This document shows positions 20,580 to 29,496 of a DNA stretch of 64,000 nt, one piece after another. The notes beneath the pieces were generated by a model, which saw only the letters and a list, made by a program, of their open reading frames with translations, did no database searches and was not told the DNA's origin. How positions within the stretch are numbered: the stretch's first letter is position 1; each line of letters begins with the position of its first letter. The position numbers and the translations under genes are program-made. Location of the stretch: sequence record MN101221.1; one strand, 5' to 3'. The DNA is from Klebsiella phage KMI7.

Positions 20580-21455
20580 ATGAAAATCAATTTACATCGC
20601 TTCATTGTAGAATTTTCCCGCGACCGCGACATGGACTCTTACAACTATTACTCCCGTGAAATTGAAGATCGTTTTGCGGCTCATGTTGGATTCCGTCGCC
20701 ACCATACCCCTAAAATGCGTCCTGACCACGATCCGAAGTATAGCCCTATTACATGGCAAGCCCCTATCGATGGTTATGTTGAAGGGATCCGGATCATGAC
20801 GTTTAACGCGATGTATGGAAACGCGTTGATCCATATCGCACGTGAGAAAAAGGCAGAATTCCCTAACGGATGGCGTATTGATGAAGTGATTCAAAACCTT
20901 ATGCAGTTACGACGTGAATACAAAGCGGGTATGTGTCTGCGTAATGAACAGTATCAGATGTATAAAACGTATGCATATATCTCTAAGCACCTAATTAACT
21001 CCATGTTTTACATCGTTGGTAATCATGGTTCCGCTATAGATATCGGTTCTTATGAAATCGTGGCTTATGCTCGCGAACAAGGAAAGGCCGCTGCACTGAA
21101 AATTATTGAATCTGGTGCTATCATTCTTAACCATCGTATTGATACTATTGCTTACTATGGTGATCAGGTTGAGGTTGAAGGCGTACACCATGAACGATTC
21201 AACAAAGCCGTATTTACTAAAAATGGTTATGCTTATGGTAATGACATTATAACTTCTGCGGTTCCTTTCGTTCGTTTAACTGTTGAAGGATTTGGAGAAA
21301 GGTTGCCTTATAAACCGTCAGAAGCTCAAATGTGTGCGACTGCTGAAAGAATAGCCAGAAAGCGGAAAATGTATACCGATGAATACCTGGCGTATGTCAA
21401 CAAGACAAAAGAAGATGTAGATCGAGAAATTTCTTGCATGGATTTATCCATTTGA
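20580..21455 (+). CDS. hypothetical protein (291 aa)
   Basis: TTGACA-18-TATGGT candidate promoter at 20501-20530; no family recognised. Confidence 0.5.
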   Translation: MKINLHRFIVEFSRDRDMDSYNYYSREIEDRFAAHVGFRRHHTPKMRPDHDPKYSPITWQAPIDGYVEGIRIMTFNAMYGNALIHIAREKKAEFPNGWRIDEVIQNLMQLRREYKAGMCLRNEQYQMYKTYAYISKHLINSMFYIVGNHGSAIDIGSYEIVAYAREQGKAAALKIIESGAIILNHRIDTIAYYGDQVEVEGVHHERFNKAVFTKNGYAYGNDIITSAVPFVRLTVEGFGERLPYKPSEAQMCATAERIARKRKMYTDEYLAYVNKTKEDVDREISCMDLSI

Positions 21456-21487
21456 TATAATGTAAGCATCTTTTTAAGGGAGGATAC

Positions 21488-21805
21488 ATGAAAACGATAC
21501 ATTGCAGAAATGAAAACGTTGTTTATTATCACGGTTCGTGTACTGCTGCTGGTATTGAAAGCATGTTATTGCCTCCCTGTGATTCTGATACTCTGTCTGA
21601 AAAGGGCAGAAAGAAAAATTTAGACCGTGTTTTCTTTACCGCTGATATCGGGTTAGCTCGTATATATGCTGGAAGGGCCGCGCGTTCTATAGGTGGGGAT
21701 CCTGTTCTGTACAGGGTTGTGTGTCCGGTTGATGTTGTATGCATGAACGAAGACAAAGGCGCGAGCGTTTACCATGCAGCATGGGCGTTTTGTGAGGAAT
21801 TATGA
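21488..21805 (+). CDS. hypothetical protein (105 aa)
   Basis: strong SD GGGAGGATAC; no confident family. Confidence 0.5.
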   Translation: MKTIHCRNENVVYYHGSCTAAGIESMLLPPCDSDTLSEKGRKKNLDRVFFTADIGLARIYAGRAARSIGGDPVLYRVVCPVDVVCMNEDKGASVYHAAWAFCEEL

Positions 21806-21978
21806 ATGATAAAGTGTTGGCGTATCTCGTTTTCTTGCTGGGATATCGCTTAGAAGTGATGGGTGCGTATTCATCAATGTATGGTGATTTAACGGCTATC
21901 TGGATGGTTGGGTTAGGGGTTGCTTTTACATTCCTTTCCTTTGCAATTGTTAATGAATCGGAAGAGGATATTGTATGA
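21802..21978 (+). CDS. small two-helix membrane protein (58 aa)
   Basis: ATGA overlaps at both ends chain it between ORFs 21488 and 21975; hydrophobic helices; below track cutoff. Confidence 0.35.
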   Translation: MNDKVLAYLVFLLGYRLEVMGAYSSMYGDLTAIWMVGLGVAFTFLSFAIVNESEEDIV

Positions 21979-22301
21979 AACTATATCATGTGATCTACTC
22001 TGGTGTTTTAGGCATTGACAAACAAATGTTAGTTGATGTAATGTGTAAAAAACTCGATGAACGAATTGGAACCCGATACAAAAATCATGTATCGGAAAGT
22101 ATTTTCATCAACGTTGACCACCCAAATGACATGGAAGAAATGGTCAACACTCTTGATGATCAGCAGATCCCGTTTGTTGATAATTTCAACATGAGCGCTG
22201 GAGTGTATACGGTAGTAACTTTTGTTCTAAAAAATGTTGACAGCCGAAACGATAGCGTGTTGAATGTAGTTGCAAAAATCGATTCTACCAAAGGAAAATA
22301 A
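21975..22301 (+). CDS. hypothetical protein (108 aa)
   Basis: ATGA overlap with preceding ORF. Confidence 0.5.
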   Translation: MKLYHVIYSGVLGIDKQMLVDVMCKKLDERIGTRYKNHVSESIFINVDHPNDMEEMVNTLDDQQIPFVDNFNMSAGVYTVVTFVLKNVDSRNDSVLNVVAKIDSTKGK

Positions 22302-22302
22302 T

Positions 22303-22659
22303 ATGAAAATTGTACACCGTAGCATTTCTGAACTGTCTCAAGCCGAAAAAGTGCAAATTCATTTCAAATTCAATGATTTGCGTAAAGGTTATGCCGAAAT
22401 TGCCCGTGAACATGGGTTAGATAACGGCGATATTTACCAGGTAGTACAGGAAATTGAACGTATCCGCGCGTTCCGTTCTGCAAATCTCCCTGTTAAAAAT
22501 GCAATGCGCCGCGAAGCGATCGAAATCCATCGTAAGCGTGTGTACAATTTAGAACGTGCTAAACGTCCGATGAAGAAAGAAAAGAAACCTCGCCCGTTTA
22601 AACGCGAACATCTTAACACCTCTATGGCGCTGGCGTTTCAAGATGCGGGGATTATCTAA
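22303..22659 (+). CDS. hypothetical basic protein (118 aa)
   Basis: track ORF trimmed to ATG with AAAGGAAAATAAT SD. Confidence 0.5.
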   Translation: MKIVHRSISELSQAEKVQIHFKFNDLRKGYAEIAREHGLDNGDIYQVVQEIERIRAFRSANLPVKNAMRREAIEIHRKRVYNLERAKRPMKKEKKPRPFKREHLNTSMALAFQDAGII

Positions 22660-23183
22660 TGCGTAAATCTGCGATGGATCGTTGGGCTAGTATTGCTACT
22701 TCAAACGTAAAACCAAACCAAGCCGCACCTGATGTAGAAGCGGTTCGCAAAGCAAAAGAACCTGAGATTGTGGCCCTTAGCCCCGAACTCATTGAGCATC
22801 GCCGCCGTGCGTCTGCTATTGATTTGGATCTGCGTATTGCGCGTTCATATAATCTCAAGCATGAACACGCCGCAAAGAACAACCATTCTTTTGACCTTAC
22901 TCTGGAAGATTGGAAAGTATTGATGACAACTGAACGTTGTCAGTATTCCGGCAAGATGTTTAGCAATAAACCAGGTAGCCCGTATGCCCGTACAATGGAA
23001 CGTATTAATCCACGTCTGGGATATACACAAGAAAATACAATAGCGGTTATCAATGCCGCTAATGCAGAAAAATCACAGCTTGATGCATTCGTTAAGGGTG
23101 ATGTCATTCTGGATGAAGTAAAAGTGAAGTTGCTGCGTAAAGCACTTTATCAAGTCGAAAAACGTGTGAAAATGAAAGGTTAA
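22659..23183 (+). CDS. hypothetical protein with degenerate HNH-like C-terminal motif
   Basis: ERCQYSGKMF...ERINPRLGYTQENTIAVINAANAEKSQ resembles the CxxCG...HH.xP..GG...N...LC..CN..K HNH pattern with catalytic positions substituted. Confidence 0.35.
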   Translation: MRKSAMDRWASIATSNVKPNQAAPDVEAVRKAKEPEIVALSPELIEHRRRASAIDLDLRIARSYNLKHEHAAKNNHSFDLTLEDWKVLMTTERCQYSGKMFSNKPGSPYARTMERINPRLGYTQENTIAVINAANAEKSQLDAFVKGDVILDEVKVKLLRKALYQVEKRVKMKG

Positions 23184-23186
23184 ATT

Positions 23187-24206
23187 ATGTTTAAGAAATA
23201 TTCTTCTCTGACTAACCATTATGAAGGTAAGTTCATCAATGGTGTAATTATGAACGGGCTTACTGGCGGTGTGTGGGTTGCGCGTGAAAAGATCCACGGT
23301 GCTAACTTTAGCTTTATCACCGATGACGGCGTTACCGTTACCCCCGCAAAGCGTACTGATGTTGTGAAGCCAGCCGAAGATTTTTATGGCTGTTCAGCAG
23401 TAGTTGCAAAGTATTCACCAGGGATCCGTAAGATGTGGGAAACCCTCAAAAAGACCGGAACGTATGATGATTTGGTTATTCAAGTCTACGGTGAATTTGC
23501 GGGACGCGGTGTACAGAAAGATGTTGATTACGGCGAAAAAGATTTCTACGTATTCGATATCCGTGTAAATGGTGAATTCCTTCCGGATAACCTGTGCTCG
23601 CTGATCTCTCGATCTCATGGCCTGAAAATGGCCCCGCTGTTGGGATATGGTACTTTTGAAGAGATCAAAGAACTGCCGATTACGTTTGAATCTGTTGTGA
23701 ATAAAGCAAATAGCGGCATTGGTAGTGATAATACAGTATATGGTGAATTCGTATATCCTATCATGGAAGTTGAAGAGGGCAACATTGCAGAAGGGTTTGT
23801 AATGAAACCTGTTTCACCTGCTTTTATGCCAAACGGTGAACGCGTTGCAATCAAATGCAAAACAACCAAATTCACTGAGAAGAAAGCGAAGAAAGCAACC
23901 CGCTTTAATGCTCCGGTTTCACTGTCAGAAAAAGACAAAAACCAACTCGATGAGTTTGTTTGTTACCTTACTGAGAACCGTGTGAAAAACGTTCTTTCGA
24001 AACTGGATCTGGCTTCGATTACTGCGAAAGATTTCGGTCGCATTATGGGCTTAACTGTTCAGGATGCTATCGAAGAAATCAACCGTAATCACGGGCCTTT
24101 CCTCGAACAGTTCGAAGACCCAGCAATGGCTAAAAAGCTGTTTGTAACCGAAGCCCAAAACATGATTCGCCCTGTATGGGGCAAAATCCTGAACCATGAA
24201 TTTTAA
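23187..24206 (+). CDS. rnlB: RNA ligase 2 (Rnl2)
   Basis: 339 aa; N-terminus MFKKYSSL.NHY; nucleotidyltransferase motif KIHGANFS (KxHG); collinear with T4 Rnl2. Confidence 0.9.
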   Translation: MFKKYSSLTNHYEGKFINGVIMNGLTGGVWVAREKIHGANFSFITDDGVTVTPAKRTDVVKPAEDFYGCSAVVAKYSPGIRKMWETLKKTGTYDDLVIQVYGEFAGRGVQKDVDYGEKDFYVFDIRVNGEFLPDNLCSLISRSHGLKMAPLLGYGTFEEIKELPITFESVVNKANSGIGSDNTVYGEFVYPIMEVEEGNIAEGFVMKPVSPAFMPNGERVAIKCKTTKFTEKKAKKATRFNAPVSLSEKDKNQLDEFVCYLTENRVKNVLSKLDLASITAKDFGRIMGLTVQDAIEEINRNHGPFLEQFEDPAMAKKLFVTEAQNMIRPVWGKILNHEF

Positions 24207-24209
24207 ACT

Positions 24210-24728
24210 ATGAACAGTCACGGAAACTATAGAACTATTTCTGATGAAATAGCCGCAATAAGAGAACTCCTTCAACACGTTTCAGTTGATGTTACTTCTG
24301 GAAATATCGTATGGTCTTCTCCGCGTCAAGGTAGGAGGGTTGGTGATTCCGCTGGTACTATGAAAGATGGATATTGTGTTATAAAGTTTCAAAAGAAACA
24401 TTATCGCAGACATCGGATCATCTTTTATGTTGCTAATGGGTATCTTCCCGCTCTTGTTGACCATAAGAATGGTGTTGAATTTGGTGATGGTATAGATAAT
24501 TTGCAAGAGGCAACGCAACAAGAGAACATAAGAAAGCAGATAAAGAAACGAAGTAATGCTTCTGGAAAAAGAGGGGTTATTTTTGATAAAAGAAGAAATA
24601 ACTATCAAGCGCGAATAGTTGTTGATGGTAAGCAGATTTTTCTAGGTTCATATGATAACCCTGAAAAGGCTTATGAAGTTTACAACGAAAAAGCAAAAGA
24701 ATTGTTCGGTAATTTTTATGTCGAATGA
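24210..24728 (+). mobile_element. free-standing HNH homing endonuclease with AP2 DNA-binding domain
   Basis: HNH_3 pattern GYCVIKF...HRIIFYVANGYLPALVDHKNG...DNLQEATQQEN plus AP2 domain SGKRGVIFDKRRNNYQARIVVDGKQIFLGSYDNPEKAYEVYNEKAKELFG. Confidence 0.75.
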
Positions 24729-25305
24729 TTTTAGTACAGTAATTACGACTGCCAAGACAGTAACATTAATTGGCAGTCGCAAACCTCCTGAACGTATCGC
24801 AAACATTGCTGTTAAAATCGGACGTGCTTTGAACGAACGCAGGATCAGGGCTTATTCTGGCGGCGCTCCTGGTATGGATAGTCACTTTCTGTTTGACTAT
24901 AGTCCGGATAACAGGTGTATAATCCTTCCTGAGAACGGGTTTAACGGCCTTTTCTCAAACGGAAAGGATATCATCGACTTTCGAGATTTAAACACACAGA
25001 AAGCCGCTGACGAAGCCAGAAAGGTAGCAGGTAACTTCGATACACAGAATGAATACGTTCAAAGAAGGTATGCGCGAAACACGATTCAAGTTCTTCGTGA
25101 AAATCTTGACAATCCAACTGATTTCGTTTTATTTTGGGCGGAAGAACGTGAAGGATGTGTTAAAGGTGGAACCGCGATCGCTGTAAGATTGGCTAGGTTG
25201 TACAGGGTTCCATGTTTCAATCTCTTCAAAGAAAGTGTATTGAACGATGTGTGTGATACGTTAGGGATCAATATCAAACCCCCAACGTTGGATTTTTTAT
25301 GGTAA
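24718..25305 (+). CDS. SLOG/DprA(Smf)-like Rossmann-fold protein
   Basis: TVTLIGSRKPPERIANIAVKIGRALNERRIRAYSGGAPGMDS matches the GSR...SGxAxGxD core of DprA/SLOG; 11-nt overlap with HNH gene. Confidence 0.5.
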   Translation: MSNDFSTVITTAKTVTLIGSRKPPERIANIAVKIGRALNERRIRAYSGGAPGMDSHFLFDYSPDNRCIILPENGFNGLFSNGKDIIDFRDLNTQKAADEARKVAGNFDTQNEYVQRRYARNTIQVLRENLDNPTDFVLFWAEEREGCVKGGTAIAVRLARLYRVPCFNLFKESVLNDVCDTLGINIKPPTLDFLW

Positions 25306-25817
25306 TTGAACATGCGCCCTTACTTCGTGAAACATACGAAAGATGGGCTGTTAATAACGCAATAGGTGAAAATATGATTCATGTACGTAGTATCGGTGCT
25401 GACGGCGAAACTCCGGTAGAAGGCCGATCTCCCACTCTCGCAGAACGAGCAAGAGAAATTATCAACGATCAGAATGCTAAGATGATCGAACATGCGCGGG
25501 ATACAATCACAAAGGGTGTTCTGAAACACGCGACACAACAAAGCCTTATCTATGATATGAAGCACGATATCGGCTCTTGTCTGGGTATTGAATGTACTCG
25601 CTATGCATTCCAACGCGTTTCTGAATGGTTGGAAGAAGAAGGGCTAAAATTCGATACAGAAGAAAAACGCAACGCCGCTAAGATCACAAATTCTCTGGCT
25701 AGTAAGTACAATCAAACGTATCGAAACCAGGAAGAACGCGAAGTGTTCGGTTTCAAAATTCCTGAAAGGAAAACAGATCGCCGTGTAAGTGAATTCACTT
25801 TTTACATTAGTTGGTAA
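25299..25817 (+). CDS. hypothetical protein (172 aa)
   Basis: overlapping start with previous ORF; no family recognised. Confidence 0.5.
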   Translation: MVIEHAPLLRETYERWAVNNAIGENMIHVRSIGADGETPVEGRSPTLAERAREIINDQNAKMIEHARDTITKGVLKHATQQSLIYDMKHDIGSCLGIECTRYAFQRVSEWLEEEGLKFDTEEKRNAAKITNSLASKYNQTYRNQEEREVFGFKIPERKTDRRVSEFTFYISW

Positions 25818-25824
25818 AAAAGTG

Positions 25825-25853
25825 TTGACGGGGGTTGGTTATAGTAGTATTCT
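25825..25853 (+). promoter_or_regulatory. sigma70-type early promoter TTGACG-17-TATTCT
   Basis: good -35 hexamer, 17-nt spacer, weak -10; 40 nt upstream of ORF 25895. Confidence 0.45.
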
Positions 25854-25894
25854 AACTCCCGTAGACAAGACACTAACTAAGAAGGATAAACATC

Positions 25895-26155
25895 ATGGAA
25901 ATCGTAATGAAAGCAACTTATGCTGGATATTGCCTGGAAGCAAAAGGTGTTGCTAACAACGGCAAAGGCTTACGGGCCAATGTTGAAGCAATGCTGGATG
26001 AATTACATGCAATGTACGAATATGACAACGTAGCGGGTAGCGTTCTTATCCAGGCGTTGGAAGTTGATGGTGTTGATTGTGCTGGTTGGTGGGATGCTTA
26101 CATTGACTACAACGATAACCGGGTTTACCTGTTGAGCAACAAAGATTATTTCTAA
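25895..26155 (+). CDS. hypothetical protein (86 aa)
   Basis: SD GAAGGATAAACATC. Confidence 0.5.
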   Translation: MEIVMKATYAGYCLEAKGVANNGKGLRANVEAMLDELHAMYEYDNVAGSVLIQALEVDGVDCAGWWDAYIDYNDNRVYLLSNKDYF

Positions 26156-26164
26156 GGAACCACT

Positions 26165-26614
26165 ATGAGCGATGAAGCTGAGGCTTTAGAAGATTGGGCT
26201 GATTTTGATGACGAAGAAGATGGGGAATATTTCTGCGTTAACAGTGGTGCTTACAAAGACCGTTTAGAACTTCGTGAACTTTTATCCGGTTCCTCTCAAA
26301 TATCAGGATCCAAACGAAAAAGCAGTAAACAAAAAGTTCAGTATAGTGATGGTTCTGTACGTGATGAAACTGTTGTTGCTGAATTCCGTGGTCGGGTTAT
26401 CACAAAAGAACGACAAATTGATGTAAAGAACTTGTATGAAGTGGCTAAGGCTGCTAAAATAGGTTCTGTGATTGTTTGCCCTGTGTGCAAAGAAAAACAC
26501 ACAAAGACAACGTATCATAAAGTTTTCTGTTCGAATGGCAGAAAAACCAGTAAGGATTGTAAGTCTAAATATCACAATACAATCCATCCCGAACGACTGG
26601 ATCGGGTATTTTAA
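26165..26614 (+). CDS. hypothetical protein with acidic N-terminus and C-terminal zinc ribbon
   Basis: N-terminal 25 aa about 50% D/E; C-terminal CPVC...CSNG...C...H. Confidence 0.5.
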   Translation: MSDEAEALEDWADFDDEEDGEYFCVNSGAYKDRLELRELLSGSSQISGSKRKSSKQKVQYSDGSVRDETVVAEFRGRVITKERQIDVKNLYEVAKAAKIGSVIVCPVCKEKHTKTTYHKVFCSNGRKTSKDCKSKYHNTIHPERLDRVF

Positions 26615-26641
26615 AATAAACTTAAAACGTGGAGTACGTTT

Positions 26642-28075
26642 ATGAACAACAAAACTTTCGAAGAACTGAACAGCATCATCACTTCCGTAGATTCCTATAA
26701 GGTTTCTCACTGGTCGCAATATCCAACTGGCTCCGAAGAGGCGCTGTTTTATATTGAATCTCGTGGTGGCAAATTTGATCAAGTAGTTACGGCTGGCTGT
26801 AACCGCCTTGCGCAAATCCTATCACGTCCGGTGACTATGGAAAACGTAGATTTTGCTAATCGGTTGTACAAAATGCACTTTGGGCGCGAAATCTTCAACT
26901 ACAAAGGGTGGAAAGAAATTGCAGAACTGGGTTACATCCCTCTTGAATTCAGAGCAATTCCGGAAGGAACCCCAGTAGCGGTTAAAAATCCGGTTGCAAC
27001 TTTCCATGCTGGGAAAAATGCGCTGTGGTTAGCAGGACACGTCGAAACCCTGGCGATCAGGGGAGTATGGTTCCCTTCAACCGTAGCAACTCTATCCCGC
27101 GAATGTAAAAAAGTGTTGAAGAAATATCTCAAGAAAACCTCCGATCTCGAAGGTGAAGCATTTGATATGGTATTACGTACCCGTTTGCATGACTTCGGCG
27201 CACGTGGAACCTCTTCTGCTGAATCTGCTGGTATTGGTGGCCTCGCGCACCTGTATAACTTCCTCGGTACTGATACCGTAGAAGCGCTGATTATGGCTAT
27301 CTCTCTGTTTGAAGATTGTCAGAAAGCGTTTGATGATGGTGAAATGGCGGCTGGTATTTCAATTCCTGCTCGCGAACATTCCACTACCGTTTCTTACGGC
27401 AAAGAAAACGAAGACCTTGCGTACAAAAACAGTATTGAGATCTTCGGTGAAGGGATGTATGCATGTGTGTATGATTCCTGGGATTTTAAAGCGGCGGTTC
27501 GCCGTATCGCAGAATATAAAGATTCGATTCTTTCTAAGGGCGGTACTCTGGTAGTTCGTCCGGATTCTGGTGATATGGTAGACAATATCATGTACGCTCT
27601 TGAAGAACTGGGCCGTATCTTTGGCTATATAGTGAACTCAAAAGGGTATAAAGTACTACACCCAGCAGTAAGGATCATTCAAGGCGATGAAATTCATGGC
27701 CCTGAAACAATCAATCGGGTGTTGAACTGGATGGAGTCTAACCGTTGGGCGTCTGAAAACATCGCGTTTGGTATGGGCGGCGGATTGCTTCAAGAAGTTA
27801 CCCGCGACACTCAAAAATATGCGATGAAAATGTGCGCAATCAAAATTAACGGTGTGTGGACTGGTGTGTATAAATGTCCAAAAGGCGCTGAATGGAAAAA
27901 GAGTAAAAAAGGGTTGTTGATGACTATCACTGATGGTGTTAACTTTAAAACCATTGATACTCTGGAACAGAAAGTGCCGGAAGGCTGGAAAGATGCTATG
28001 ATCACATACTATGTCAACGGAAAGATTACTGCCCGTGACACTTTAGAGGAAATTAGGAACCGTGCCGGGATTTAG
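26642..28075 (+). CDS. nadV: nicotinamide phosphoribosyltransferase (NAMPT/NadV)
   Basis: 477 aa; SYKVSHW, GYIPLEFRAIPEGTPVA, HDFGARGTSSAESAGIGGLAHLYNFLGTDT, VVRPDSGD match NadV signatures. Confidence 0.9.
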   Translation: MNNKTFEELNSIITSVDSYKVSHWSQYPTGSEEALFYIESRGGKFDQVVTAGCNRLAQILSRPVTMENVDFANRLYKMHFGREIFNYKGWKEIAELGYIPLEFRAIPEGTPVAVKNPVATFHAGKNALWLAGHVETLAIRGVWFPSTVATLSRECKKVLKKYLKKTSDLEGEAFDMVLRTRLHDFGARGTSSAESAGIGGLAHLYNFLGTDTVEALIMAISLFEDCQKAFDDGEMAAGISIPAREHSTTVSYGKENEDLAYKNSIEIFGEGMYACVYDSWDFKAAVRRIAEYKDSILSKGGTLVVRPDSGDMVDNIMYALEELGRIFGYIVNSKGYKVLHPAVRIIQGDEIHGPETINRVLNWMESNRWASENIAFGMGGGLLQEVTRDTQKYAMKMCAIKINGVWTGVYKCPKGAEWKKSKKGLLMTITDGVNFKTIDTLEQKVPEGWKDAMITYYVNGKITARDTLEEIRNRAGI

Positions 28076-28364
28076 TATCCGCAAAAACGACAAAGGAACC
28101 GTGATTTTCTATGACAACATGCCCCTTGTAGCTCGCAAGGGGCTTTTTGCTAAAATCGCTGGGTATTCCTTTAAACTGGAAGAAGTCAACGACGAAACAC
28201 TAAAAGAGATCGTAAGAATTGCCTTACAGTTAAGAGGTAAGAAAGACGAACAAAGAGCTATTGACATGATCAATAAATTGGGGGAAACTCAATGCTTCAT
28301 AGTGAATCGTGGTTACAAGTACGATACCATTGCAAAATTTGAAAAAGGGCTTTGTGAATTATGA
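28062..28364 (+). CDS. hypothetical protein (100 aa)
   Basis: overlaps nadV end by 14 nt and dam start (ATGA). Confidence 0.4.
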   Translation: MPGFSIRKNDKGTVIFYDNMPLVARKGLFAKIAGYSFKLEEVNDETLKEIVRIALQLRGKKDEQRAIDMINKLGETQCFIVNRGYKYDTIAKFEKGLCEL

Positions 28365-29212
28365 GTTATTATGGTGTGATCCCATACACAGGAAACAAGC
28401 AAAAGCTACTTCCTGAACTGTTCAAATTATTTCCAGACAGAAACAGCTATATGCGATTCATCGACTGTTTTTGTGGTGGTTTGAGTGTGTCACTAAACGT
28501 CCCTAAACCCGTTCTAAGCAACGATTACGATCGGACGTTGATTGATATGTATAAGCGCCTTCAAATGCTTCCTGACCTCTCTCCGGTGCGAGAATTGATT
28601 AAACAACATGGGCTGGGTAAGAACGAGAAAGAAGCGTATCTCACATTTCGTGATGCATATAATAAGAACAAGGATCCGCTATGGCTCTATGTTCTGATCC
28701 TGCATTCGTTTAGTAATGTTAATCGAACCAACGATAAAGGCGATTTTAACGCCAATTTTGGTTGTAGAACGTTGAATGATTCTACCGTTAAACGGTTTGA
28801 ACACTTCAAAAACAATGTTCGTGGAATTGAATTCTCTAGCGCATCGTTTAAGGATCTTGATATCTGCTTGAATGATTTTGTGTACTGCGATCCGCCGTAC
28901 CTGATCACTGATGCAGTTTATAACAAATTCTGGAACGAAGAACGCGAGCATGAATTATATGATTTTCTCGATAATTTAAACTCTGATGGTATCAAGTTTG
29001 GTTTATCAAACGTGACACATCATGCAGGAAAGCAAAATGATATCCTGATCGAGTGGATGCAAAAATATAATGTGCATAACCTCGATAAAAAGTATCTGTT
29101 AGGCCAGCATACTGATTCTTACGAACAAAATAAAACGCAAGAAGTCTACGTGTGCAACTATCAGAAACGCGACGTAAATACATACCCTGAAACACTGGAT
29201 GACTTAATGTAA
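28361..29212 (+). CDS. dam: DNA adenine methyltransferase Dam (GATC)
   Basis: 283 aa; AYTGNKQ.LLPEL, FCGGLSVSLNV, catalytic DPPY; collinear with T4 Dam. Confidence 0.9.
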   Translation: MSYYGVIPYTGNKQKLLPELFKLFPDRNSYMRFIDCFCGGLSVSLNVPKPVLSNDYDRTLIDMYKRLQMLPDLSPVRELIKQHGLGKNEKEAYLTFRDAYNKNKDPLWLYVLILHSFSNVNRTNDKGDFNANFGCRTLNDSTVKRFEHFKNNVRGIEFSSASFKDLDICLNDFVYCDPPYLITDAVYNKFWNEEREHELYDFLDNLNSDGIKFGLSNVTHHAGKQNDILIEWMQKYNVHNLDKKYLLGQHTDSYEQNKTQEVYVCNYQKRDVNTYPETLDDLM

Positions 29213-29220
29213 GGTAACAT

Positions 29221-29496
29221 ATGTTTAAGATTTTTGGTTATATCCCTTCTGTTTACAATTGCGCTCCATGCCTGAATTCTAAACGTCTCCTGGACGCAAA
29301 ACGAAAAGAATATGAGTTTGTTTCTGTAGCCGATGAAAAAGACGCAGACGGCAAACCGATCCTGAATGAAACGGTCATTTCTGAACTCGAAAGCCTGTTG
29401 GGTACTCGTAGACTGACCATGCCTCAAATTTTCCACGATGGTAAGCACATCGGCGGCTTTGACCAACTGCGTGAGTACGTTCGCACATTGGGATAA
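29221..29496 (+). CDS. nrdC: glutaredoxin NrdC (phage thioredoxin)
   Basis: 91 aa; MFK.FGY...C..C...KRLL; C-terminus LTMPQIFHDGKHIGGFDQLREY almost identical to T4 NrdC. Confidence 0.85.
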   Translation: MFKIFGYIPSVYNCAPCLNSKRLLDAKRKEYEFVSVADEKDADGKPILNETVISELESLLGTRRLTMPQIFHDGKHIGGFDQLREYVRTLG

